Source: a virus (Duplodnaviria; Caudoviricetes). Taken from it: a stretch of DNA of 26,716 bases. Positions 16,378-25,302 of the stretch are shown piece after piece (within the stretch, counting starts at the first letter, position 1; each line of letters begins with the position of its first letter). The stretch covers positions 1 to 26,716 of the IMG/VR virus record IMGVR_UViG_3300031519_008917, one strand, 5' to 3'. The translations under genes were made by a program, and so were the position numbers. Below the pieces are notes generated by a model, which saw only the letters and a list, made by a program, of their open reading frames with translations, did not search any database and was not told the origin of the DNA.

Positions 16378-17613
16378 TTATATTTTTTCTTTAATTAGTG
16401 CTATATACTCATCATAATGTTCATAACCATATTCAGTAAGTCTGTTATAATTATGAATTAGTATATCTTCCATACCCCAAAACCATTTATCCATATCCTC
16501 AATTGACATAGAACATAATCTTTTAATCTCACCATATATTAAAAGTTTTCTTTTTTCACTATTTAATTCTTTATCATAACTTTCATTAATGAATGGGTGA
16601 AATGACTTAAATCCAAATTCTTTCATTGATGATAAAGTATTTGGTTGTCCTATAAAAATAAATGGCTGTAATGTCATCATCGGTTTCCATAATTTTTCAT
16701 TAAAATATACATATGGAAATTTACTACCCTCATCAATTTCAAAAATAGAACCAGATAGTACATGAAAATACGAATTAAAGCATTGAACTACATTGATTGC
16801 ATAAGTAGGAAGGTAACTCCAATCACCAGTTTTATCCCTACCTTCCCAATAATATTTAGAATCAAATTTTAAATCTCTACCACCTAAGATTTTATATTCA
16901 TTATTTTCTATTTCACCGTGTGCATTACTAAAAAAAGTTGCATTACCACACTTTAACAAATCATTATCTCTGAGAAACTCTATTAAATCCAATCTATGAC
17001 TTCTCGGAGAAGAACTAACGGAATAAAAGTGTTTTAATCGTGAAAAATTTCTTCCATTTTTAAAAATATTTAACATATGTGGATGATAATATTCCTGTTT
17101 AATACTATCTAATTGTAATTCCCATTTATTAAAGAATTTTTGAATAAAAGAAAAATCTTTTTGTTGTTTACTATCAATTAAATATTCCGGTGTCATCCAA
17201 ATCAAATTATTCTTGTTAATTTTATTTTTCTGCATAATAGTATCCAAATCACCTTGTTCTTCAAATTCATAGTAGGTATATCCTTCGTCATTCACCCCAC
17301 CCTCTCTTATATTAACAATAACTCGACAATTATTATTCTGTAAATCAGAAATGAGTCGTTTTTCATTTTTAAGGTAATTTAACATATCAACTAAATTATC
17401 ACCATCTAATATCATTACATATGGAGCATCTGGCCAACCATTTTTATTAATATTTAACAAATTAATTTCATTATTTACAAAATTACTGATATTATCAAAC
17501 CCACTCATAAAAAAACTATTATCCCAAACATCAGAAAGGTTGGTTATATTAAAAAATTTAAAAAAAGATTCTCCCTCTTGATGTGAATGTCTCATATAAA
17601 GAATATCAACCAT
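16378..17613 (-). CDS. GT10-like 'ESYD' family protein, 411 aa
   Basis: HFYSVSSSPRSHR; YFHVLSGS...YFNEKLWKPMMTLQPFIFIG...GFKSFHPFINESYD. SD GGAGG at 17624..17620. Confidence 0.6.
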   Translation of the reverse strand: MVDILYMRHSHQEGESFFKFFNITNLSDVWDNSFFMSGFDNISNFVNNEINLLNINKNGWPDAPYVMILDGDNLVDMLNYLKNEKRLISDLQNNNCRVIVNIREGGVNDEGYTYYEFEEQGDLDTIMQKNKINKNNLIWMTPEYLIDSKQQKDFSFIQKFFNKWELQLDSIKQEYYHPHMLNIFKNGRNFSRLKHFYSVSSSPRSHRLDLIEFLRDNDLLKCGNATFFSNAHGEIENNEYKILGGRDLKFDSKYYWEGRDKTGDWSYLPTYAINVVQCFNSYFHVLSGSIFEIDEGSKFPYVYFNEKLWKPMMTLQPFIFIGQPNTLSSMKEFGFKSFHPFINESYDKELNSEKRKLLIYGEIKRLCSMSIEDMDKWFWGMEDILIHNYNRLTEYGYEHYDEYIALIKEKI

Positions 17614-18631
17614 TAAAAACCTCCAATATTTTTTTATCTGTGTGGTGTATGTGAATACCCAATTGACTACTGTTGTGCAATAGAGTTGTTTTCATTTTAA
17701 AATATAATTCATCCATTTCTTTTATTGAAAATTGAGAAATTCTCTTTATCTCATTATGTATTTTTGACATTCTCACATCATATTCTATTTCATCATCATA
17801 TGACTCGTCAATCCAATCAGAAAATGTTTTAAATCCTAATCTTTTTAAGGTTTTTAAAGTTTTATATTGTCCGACTATTAAAAATGGTTTCATACAGGCA
17901 AAAGATTTATATAACTTCTCATCAATATATACTCGTGGGGAATCTTCGGTACTATGTGAATCTGACATAGTGACTATATCAATATACGAATTATAATATA
18001 GTGGTAAATTTAGTTTAGTTGAGGTATATGATGATTCAGACTTTAAATCTAAATGCAAAGATTGTCCTGCACGATTCCAAAAATGAGAATTAAAGGACAT
18101 ATCAAATTTTGACAATAATTTATTTTCAAGTACATAGGACAACAAGTCAACTCTATGTGGTTTTGTGTTTCCATTAAAAGACAAAAAATGTTTCTGTCTA
18201 TATAACTTTTCACTATTCTTATTAAAGTACTTTATAAGTTTTTTATCTATTTGTTGCTGTTCCAATATACAATCTGCCATAGAATAGTTATTAAGAACCT
18301 TACAAGATAAATCATATCCATTTAGATGAAAATCAGGTATTATTACCGATACATCATATTCTAATTTACACAATTCTTCTATTTTAGGTTGATGCAATCC
18401 GTACAATTCTTCTGATAAGGTATCCATATACCATAAAATTATTTTTTTATTCTTGTCCGTAGATTTAATAATTTCAAACGGACTATCACTTTCATATGAT
18501 GGTCGTATTAAAAATATATCACACGAATATAATAATTTTAAATCTTGTATTTTTTCAAATAATATTCTATTTGTCCAAATTTCATTAAAATTATTTAGAA
18601 CTTTATTATTAAAGTAAAATGCTGTTTTCAT
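17606..18631 (-). CDS. GT10-like 'ESYD' family protein, 341 aa
   Basis: HFLSFNGNTKPHR; YIDIVTMS...YIDEKLYKSFACMKPFLIVG...GFKTFSDWIDESYD. Confidence 0.6.
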   Translation of the reverse strand: MKTAFYFNNKVLNNFNEIWTNRILFEKIQDLKLLYSCDIFLIRPSYESDSPFEIIKSTDKNKKIILWYMDTLSEELYGLHQPKIEELCKLEYDVSVIIPDFHLNGYDLSCKVLNNYSMADCILEQQQIDKKLIKYFNKNSEKLYRQKHFLSFNGNTKPHRVDLLSYVLENKLLSKFDMSFNSHFWNRAGQSLHLDLKSESSYTSTKLNLPLYYNSYIDIVTMSDSHSTEDSPRVYIDEKLYKSFACMKPFLIVGQYKTLKTLKRLGFKTFSDWIDESYDDEIEYDVRMSKIHNEIKRISQFSIKEMDELYFKMKTTLLHNSSQLGIHIHHTDKKILEVFNG

Positions 18632-18632
18632 A

Positions 18633-20546
18633 TTAGAAAACTTTAGATTGGTGTTGCATATTTCTACGTCCCCACCACATCATTTCTTTACACCACTTTA
18701 AAAAATCTTTTTGATAATTTTTATTTTCAAAAGTGTATTCATAACCTGAATTTTTTAATTCTTTATTCTCAAACAATACATCTTTTATATTGTAATGAAA
18801 ATTCTTTTTGATAGGGTACTCTGTATTAGGATTACACACAAATATTCTTTGAAAATCTAAAATGTCATCTTCTACTTGACTATCTAACTTAAATTGAGAT
18901 AAGAAATTTTTCACATCAGTATACCACTTACCTTCATTCATTGTAAAAATTAAAGATGTTGCTTCTTCAAAATCCCAATAATAATCTTTTTTAACCTCAT
19001 CTATACTTCTTCCCCAATATTTAGTTCGATTAATAATACCTCTGTATCGTTTTTGAGTTTCAATGTATTCCTTACCAATAAATGTATTTGGGTTGTCCAC
19101 CATATAAGAATAAAATTTTTCATAAAAGTCTCTATATTGGATTTGATGTGTTGATTTTAAAAATCTTGCTAAATATTGTAAATATCCAAGATTGTGTCCA
19201 AACATAAACATCCATCTCCACATACTCATTTCAATATACTCATCACGATTTAATGTTGAATGTCCAACTACCATTAGAGAAGTTTCATCTTTCATTCCTT
19301 GTGGGTAATCATGGTGAAAAAATGCAGGTAATGTTTCTGCAACATCAATACCATACTCTTTAACATAATCAGGTTCTGCAAATGGTGTATTTGGTAATAC
19401 GGTCATTGGGTATACTCCAATGTAATCATAATACTCCAAATCTAATATTTGAAAAATGCCATCGTTAAATGATTTAATGGTTTCTTTTGGAAGTCCGAGA
19501 ATTAGCTCGATATAAGTTTTTAAATTTTCATCTTTATATAAATCAAAAAATGATTTTAATTTTCCACCATCAACATTTTTTCTCCTTACCGCCTCTAATA
19601 CTTCTGGACTCATAGATTGTAAAGCAATAGTAATTCCCTTCATCATATTTGCATCAGTTAATAATTTAGCCAAATCAATAACTTTGTCTGCCTTGGCCTT
19701 TGCCCAATCAACACGAATATTATCAGGATATCCAGTTTGACTTTTTAAATCTGTCATATACTTCACAATATCTCTATGTTCTTTAAACATTCCAAAATTA
19801 GAATCTGCATTATATAAAAATTCTATTTTATTTTCTACTAACCAATCCAATTCCTTAAATACTTTTTCATTTGATTGTTTTTTAATTTTTTGAAAATATA
19901 AATCTCCTATATCACAAAAAGTACAACGATAAGGACATCCTCTAACAGTTTCTATTGCCCCCTCAAAATCATACTCGTGGTCTTTATTTTCCACAAGATT
20001 ATCAAATAATCCATCTAAATATGGACTTGGCATTGAATCAATATCTTCTATTCTTGGTCTTGGTAATGTAGTGTATGCACTTAAATCTGAATCTTTGACC
20101 GAACATCCTAATACATTTTTAAAATTAGGATTATCTTTTAAGTTTTCAATTAATATATCTTCAAAGGTAACTTCACCTTCACCATGTACCGCAATATCTA
20201 CATAAGAATTTTCTCTGAAGAAATTAGAAACTCTATCTGCCTTAGGAGTTCCTTGTCCACCAAAAACAACAATACAATTAGGATATTTTTCTTTTATTTT
20301 TTTTGCAATCTTATGGTCGTATTGTGTATTCCAAACAAAATCTGAAAACCCAATTACACTTGGATTATGTAATTTCTCTACAATTTCATCCATAGATTCA
20401 CGGTAGTAAAACCAACCATCTAATTTATAGTTATCTATTATTTTTTTATTTTGGTGACAATATCCCCAAATTAAACCAGTACTATAAGGTAATTTTACTT
20501 GTTGTGCCGTAACATCGGCTATTTCAAATAGGTAAACATTTTTCAT
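18633..20546 (-). CDS. Cobalamin-binding-domain radical SAM protein, 637 aa
   Basis: RGCPYRCTFC, ADSNFG, IALQSM; N-terminal FSDFVWN, FGGQ, HGEGE, MPSPYLDG. Full-length paralogue of 1520..3535. Confidence 0.88.
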   Translation of the reverse strand: MKNVYLFEIADVTAQQVKLPYSTGLIWGYCHQNKKIIDNYKLDGWFYYRESMDEIVEKLHNPSVIGFSDFVWNTQYDHKIAKKIKEKYPNCIVVFGGQGTPKADRVSNFFRENSYVDIAVHGEGEVTFEDILIENLKDNPNFKNVLGCSVKDSDLSAYTTLPRPRIEDIDSMPSPYLDGLFDNLVENKDHEYDFEGAIETVRGCPYRCTFCDIGDLYFQKIKKQSNEKVFKELDWLVENKIEFLYNADSNFGMFKEHRDIVKYMTDLKSQTGYPDNIRVDWAKAKADKVIDLAKLLTDANMMKGITIALQSMSPEVLEAVRRKNVDGGKLKSFFDLYKDENLKTYIELILGLPKETIKSFNDGIFQILDLEYYDYIGVYPMTVLPNTPFAEPDYVKEYGIDVAETLPAFFHHDYPQGMKDETSLMVVGHSTLNRDEYIEMSMWRWMFMFGHNLGYLQYLARFLKSTHQIQYRDFYEKFYSYMVDNPNTFIGKEYIETQKRYRGIINRTKYWGRSIDEVKKDYYWDFEEATSLIFTMNEGKWYTDVKNFLSQFKLDSQVEDDILDFQRIFVCNPNTEYPIKKNFHYNIKDVLFENKELKNSGYEYTFENKNYQKDFLKWCKEMMWWGRRNMQHQSKVF

Positions 20547-20548
20547 AT

Positions 20549-21250
20549 TTAAACTTCCATATAATATTGACCAACAGAAAAGTATTCTGATTGCCGAAAA
20601 TCAATATTTTTAGATTTTATTATAGTGTCTGATAATTTATTTGTATCGTATTTCCTATGTGCAAATCCCCTACAATCCAAAGAAACTCTACTATTTTTAG
20701 AATTATTAAAAGTTTTTGCACCATGTTGATAAGTATTTAAGTTTGCCTCTAATACTTGTCCGTATTTAAGTAAACAAGGTTTGAGTTGATTATTTTCGTC
20801 CATTACATACATTGTATTATCATTATCCACATCAATCATCGGTATCCAAAAATTAGTTTCCCAAGATGGATGATAGAATGGAGCTTCACCATCTGAGTGA
20901 CAATTGAATTTAATTCCATTTTGTTCAACAACTTTACCACCAAACTGTACCCATTCACTATTTTTATTTGATTCGGTTAATTTTTCTTTTGATGGGATAA
21001 TTTTAACAGATGGTAATTGCTGAACTACTATTTTTGTATCTTTAAGAATACCCTTTACCACATCCTCACAAAATGATTCCCATATTAATTTAAAATCTTT
21101 ACTTGTTCTAAAGTACTCATACACTTTACCAACTATTTCCTCACTACCAACTTTAAATTTTTCGTGTATTTTTTCTAATTTGCACTCTAATAAATCTTCA
21201 AGTAATATCTTGAATGGATACTTTTCAATATTATAATTATGCACTTTCAT
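20549..21250 (-). CDS. StrG-like Fe(II)/2OG-type oxygenase, 233 aa
   Basis: YNIEKYPF, QQLPSVK, CHSDGEAPFYHPSWETNFWIPM, YQHG, RVSLDCR; paralogue of 93..749. Confidence 0.72.
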   Translation of the reverse strand: MKVHNYNIEKYPFKILLEDLLECKLEKIHEKFKVGSEEIVGKVYEYFRTSKDFKLIWESFCEDVVKGILKDTKIVVQQLPSVKIIPSKEKLTESNKNSEWVQFGGKVVEQNGIKFNCHSDGEAPFYHPSWETNFWIPMIDVDNDNTMYVMDENNQLKPCLLKYGQVLEANLNTYQHGAKTFNNSKNSRVSLDCRGFAHRKYDTNKLSDTIIKSKNIDFRQSEYFSVGQYYMEV

Positions 21251-22355
21251 TATACAAGTCTCCTAAAAAAACTTCAAACCTCTTTAATTCGTAATCGTAT
21301 TGTGTTCTTAGATGGTTGGCATTATGATAAAGAATATCTTCCATCTCGTAATATAAATTATGTAATTCATCTATACTATAAATAGACAAATTAATGATAT
21401 TTTCTTTTATCATGTCAAATCTCGTATCAAAATCCGTTTCACTATCGTAACTCTCATCAATAAATGGGTGAAATGTTTTGTATCCCCACTTTTTTAATAA
21501 TGATAAAGTATTAGGTTGACCTATGACAATAAATGGTTGAAAAGTCATAAAATTTTTATGAATTCTTTCTGCTAAAAAAATGTTACCCTCACTAATTCTA
21601 TTTTCTGTGGTTATGTTTACATAAGAATTAAATTGTGCCGTTGTATTTAAATAAAATTCTTCATTTGAAAAATTACCAGGTAATAACTTAACATCATTCA
21701 TATCACCCGGTGTTGGTAACCCATCAGAAGAACCAAAAACATCTTCAATTTCTGATTTTGTATATTGAGAAAAGAAAGTATGTTTTGTTTTTTTAAGTAT
21801 ATTATTCTCTTTAAGAAAATTATATAAATGAAATCTTTCTTCCTTTAAATGGTGATTAAAACTTAAAAAATGAAAATCTCTATTGTATGGTTTCATTGAT
21901 TCAAAATACTTAGAAAAATCTACATATTTATCTTCTCTATCAACATATGATATTCCCACAAAATCTACATATAAAACATCTTCATTATCACCATGTTCTC
22001 CACTTACAACATATGCGTTTGGTACATCTAAATCTTCTACTAAATCAGTTGAATCCCAATCTGGACTATAAAATACAATCTTACACTTATCTTGTTTAGC
22101 GTCATCGACTATCTGTTTCCATAAAATATCATCCTTTACATCATCGTTCCAAAATCCAGCACTAAATTTTAAAGCAAAAAATACAATATACTTTTCAGTA
22201 GGTAATTCTATAAAATTAAAATTATCATTATTAAATTTAGGAAATGAGAATGGTAGATTTTTATCAGGCCATTTTCCATCTTCGTATGACAAGACTTCCT
22301 GTGTATTAACAACTTCAATTTGATTTTGATATTTAATTGTTAAAATATCAATCAT
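21237..22355 (-). CDS. GT10-like 'ESYD' family protein, 372 aa
   Basis: HFLSFNHHLKEER; YVNITTEN...FLAERIHKNFMTFQPFIVIG...GYKTFHPFIDESYD. Confidence 0.6.
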   Translation of the reverse strand: MIDILTIKYQNQIEVVNTQEVLSYEDGKWPDKNLPFSFPKFNNDNFNFIELPTEKYIVFFALKFSAGFWNDDVKDDILWKQIVDDAKQDKCKIVFYSPDWDSTDLVEDLDVPNAYVVSGEHGDNEDVLYVDFVGISYVDREDKYVDFSKYFESMKPYNRDFHFLSFNHHLKEERFHLYNFLKENNILKKTKHTFFSQYTKSEIEDVFGSSDGLPTPGDMNDVKLLPGNFSNEEFYLNTTAQFNSYVNITTENRISEGNIFLAERIHKNFMTFQPFIVIGQPNTLSLLKKWGYKTFHPFIDESYDSETDFDTRFDMIKENIINLSIYSIDELHNLYYEMEDILYHNANHLRTQYDYELKRFEVFLGDLYNESA

Positions 22356-22861
22356 CGTAAAATACCCTCGTTACTAAAATCATAACTCATATCAAGAGTT
22401 CCATCTTCTAAAATCATACCAGGTCTCCAACAAGTTGACCAATGTTGTTTATCTCTATTAATATAAATAGGAATCATATCATTTCCAAGTTGTATGTGTG
22501 CAGTTACTCTATGAGAACCATCTAAATAAGTAATCTTTCCATCTTCGATTTTAACATCTACTGGCATCACTCCACCTGCCTTGATAACTTCTCGTAAGTA
22601 ATATACTAATGCACCATGAGTATTTTTACCAGTCATTTCCCATACACATTGACATACTGTAACTCCACGACTTATACCATCAAAATTTGATTCTTTTTTT
22701 GTTGGTCTTGCACAATATTGAATCTCATTCCAATGGTCAATATCAGGTATAATACCAAAGTTATCGATACCAACATATTCAGAAAACTTTGTGTAATGTA
22801 GATATCCATCAGGTTCTTCATACATTTCTTTAATATATTTAAGTTCCTCTTGTCTAACCAC
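22352..22861 (-). CDS. ParB/sulfiredoxin-fold protein, about 169 aa
   Basis: IKAGGVMPVDV...YLDGSHRVTAHIQLG...IPIYI matches the ParB-N G-x-P-I-x-V...DGxHR..A pattern. Likely GTG start at 22861 after GAGGT; ATG 22825 is an alternative. Confidence 0.65.
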   Translation of the reverse strand: MVRQEELKYIKEMYEEPDGYLHYTKFSEYVGIDNFGIIPDIDHWNEIQYCARPTKKESNFDGISRGVTVCQCVWEMTGKNTHGALVYYLREVIKAGGVMPVDVKIEDGKITYLDGSHRVTAHIQLGNDMIPIYINRDKQHWSTCWRPGMILEDGTLDMSYDFSNEGILR

Positions 22862-24323
22862 CCACAACCTCTGATATTTCAGTCCAACAATTTTTTCTAT
22901 CTTGGTGTTTATAATTTGCAAAATGTTCTTGATTATATAAAAGAATATCTTCCATTTCATAATACCATTTATGTATTTCTTCTTTTGACATACTACATAA
23001 TCTTTTTATCTCGTCTAATATCATAAAAAATCTTTTGTCATTATCTACTTCTTCATCGTAAGATTCATCTATCCAAGGCTGAAAAGTTTTATATCCTATT
23101 TCTCTAAGTTTTTTCATAGCAAATGGATTGGTAAGATAAATAAATGGTACTAATTGTGATATAGGTTTAAAAACCTTTTCACTCATATAAATACAATCTT
23201 CATAATAACAACTTTCAGTAATAACATTAAAATAAACTCTTTTATATTGTGGTGCAAAATTTGACCATTGACCAACTGCCCCACTCCCCCATTCAGGTAA
23301 GAATTCTGCATCTATATCACCATCTGCATCAATAGGATATAATGGTTTTATATTTTTTAATGCATTACTAACCAACTCATTTTGTTTTTCGTCTTTTAAA
23401 AAATCTCCTATTTTGTTTGGGAATACTCCACCAAAAATCTCATCTACTCCTTTTGCTCCACAACTAATAATTCCCTTATCTTGTAACCCCATTTCATAAA
23501 TCATTGCAACTAATGCCAACCTATACTCCCTTATAACTCTATTATAACATAAAAAATACTTTTCTCTTATAGTATCTCTACCATCATCTAAATCTTTTTT
23601 ATTAACAAATGATTGTTTATGTGGATAAAGTTCGTCTATCTTTTTATTATAATCATCATTTAATATTTGATGGTATATTTCATTACTACTCTCTAACATA
23701 TGATTCATTTCAATAATATGCATCTTCTTTTTCGTTAACGTTGGCATTCTATCACAAAAATCTTTGTATTGTTTTTTACCATTCAAATTACTTGCAACAA
23801 AAAAAACTTTATTTGCTGGAATATTATATATATTTAATTCATTATGTAAATTTCTGTATGCCTTTGGATCAACATGACCTTCTTGTGTATAATTAATTAA
23901 AAGATAACCATTTTTATTTGCAATTAAATCTAATAACCTACTACTCATAAAATCAAAAATACTACCCCATTGTTTAGGTGCATCATCTCCATCTATACCA
24001 AGATAAGAATGTAATCCACCAACACCAAAAGGTAAAACAAAATATGTATTATCTTCTAACTCATCAATACTAACTTTTTCATGTCCATCATCAAAATGTG
24101 GATCTAAATTTCCAAGGCCATTTCCCCAATAATAATTACCTGATTTTTCTCCTATTTCCAATGGATGAGTATTTACTTTACCTAATACTGGATTTGTTTC
24201 CATCCAATCAATTTCTGGTGGATTTTCATCTCGAAAATCACCATGCTCTCGTCTCCCACCACCCCACGGATCTGGTCTACCTTCGTGTCTAACTACGTCT
24301 TCTAAAATTTTAATTTCTTTCAT
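22854..24323 (-). CDS. GT10-like 'ESYD' family protein, 489 aa
   Basis: YFLCYNRVIREYR; YFNVITESCYYEDCIYMSEKVFKPISQLVPFIYL...GYKTFQPWIDESYD. Best match to the alpha-1,3-FucT motif among the seven paralogues. Confidence 0.62.
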   Translation of the reverse strand: MKEIKILEDVVRHEGRPDPWGGGRREHGDFRDENPPEIDWMETNPVLGKVNTHPLEIGEKSGNYYWGNGLGNLDPHFDDGHEKVSIDELEDNTYFVLPFGVGGLHSYLGIDGDDAPKQWGSIFDFMSSRLLDLIANKNGYLLINYTQEGHVDPKAYRNLHNELNIYNIPANKVFFVASNLNGKKQYKDFCDRMPTLTKKKMHIIEMNHMLESSNEIYHQILNDDYNKKIDELYPHKQSFVNKKDLDDGRDTIREKYFLCYNRVIREYRLALVAMIYEMGLQDKGIISCGAKGVDEIFGGVFPNKIGDFLKDEKQNELVSNALKNIKPLYPIDADGDIDAEFLPEWGSGAVGQWSNFAPQYKRVYFNVITESCYYEDCIYMSEKVFKPISQLVPFIYLTNPFAMKKLREIGYKTFQPWIDESYDEEVDNDKRFFMILDEIKRLCSMSKEEIHKWYYEMEDILLYNQEHFANYKHQDRKNCWTEISEVVGG

Positions 24324-25285
24324 TATAATCCTTGTCCGTATTTTATAGGAAATCCATTTCTAAAATGACTACTATCCTTGTTTATTATTATTTGGTATCC
24401 ATTTATCAATTCTTTTATTCCACTATTTAATGAGTATTGAGGTTTCCATCCCCTTGATTCAATTTTTTCGTTTGAGACAATATAATCTCGTTTATCCGGA
24501 TCCTCATAATAATCTGATTCATTTACAACAAAGTCTGGAATATAGTTCCGTATCCTTTTAGTCAAATCTCGTTTACTTAAATTAGTATCACTCAATCCAA
24601 CATTAAATGCCTCTCCTATATTTTCATCATAGTTATTTATCATAAATTGAAATACAGAGGATACATCTCTTACATGAATATAATTTCTAACTGTATGTGC
24701 CTGAAATAAAGTAATATATCTATCCGTTAATGCCTTATATACAAATTCATTTACTAATAAATCCAATCTCATTCTCTCACTCATACCAAAAACTGTGGCA
24801 AATCTAAATGTAATTCCACGACACTCACCTAAAATTAAATTTTCAGAATTACATTTGGTTACCCCATAGTGACTTATCGGTGTTAAGGTTTGTGATTCCA
24901 CACAAACACCTTCGGTTTGTTGTCCATAACCACTATTCGTATTTGGATATATTATTCTTTGGTCGGAAGATGAATTTTTTAAGATATTTTTAATTTGAGT
25001 GTAATTTACATCTGTAGCTAAATCTTTGTCTCGGTCACATGCAGGAAATCCTACTATGGCAGCTAAAGGTATAATAATATCTGCATCAGTTACATAATGT
25101 GATAGTTTAGAATAATCTCTAACATCACCATATACAAATTTAAAATTTTTATTACTGAATAAGTTTAATAACGGTGTCTGATTGTACATCAAATTATCAT
25201 ACACAACAACTTGATGTTCCTTGACTAACTCGGAACACAATACTGAACCTAAATAACCTGCACCACCCGTAATCAATATTTTCAT
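24323..25285 (-). CDS. NAD-dependent epimerase/dehydrogenase, Cj1427(WcaG)-like GDP-sugar C4 oxidoreductase, 320 aa
   Basis: TGGAGYLGSVL, ADIIIPLAAIVG, IYPNTNSGYG, YGVTK, RMRLDLLVN, RNYIHVRDV, EDPDKRDYIVSN; these are motifs I recall from Campylobacter jejuni Cj1427. SD AAGGAG at 25298..25293. Confidence 0.82.
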   Translation of the reverse strand: MKILITGGAGYLGSVLCSELVKEHQVVVYDNLMYNQTPLLNLFSNKNFKFVYGDVRDYSKLSHYVTDADIIIPLAAIVGFPACDRDKDLATDVNYTQIKNILKNSSSDQRIIYPNTNSGYGQQTEGVCVESQTLTPISHYGVTKCNSENLILGECRGITFRFATVFGMSERMRLDLLVNEFVYKALTDRYITLFQAHTVRNYIHVRDVSSVFQFMINNYDENIGEAFNVGLSDTNLSKRDLTKRIRNYIPDFVVNESDYYEDPDKRDYIVSNEKIESRGWKPQYSLNSGIKELINGYQIIINKDSSHFRNGFPIKYGQGL

Positions 25286-25302
25286 AATATAACTCCTTGT
25301 AT

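Noticed and set aside
730-22960. Long gene overlaps implied by ORF-track starts at 791, 1554, 8165, 14064 and 22960
   Set aside because: Downstream starts with SD sites or stop/start coupling (749, 1518, 8099, 14025, 22861) explain the genes without long overlaps.
2260-24292. Short plus-strand ORFs in the track (2260, 4404, 4954, 6066, 6478, 12128, 12746, 13228, 14129, 21883, 24098)
   Set aside because: All lie antisense to well-supported minus-strand genes, have shadow-like composition and show no recognisable motifs.
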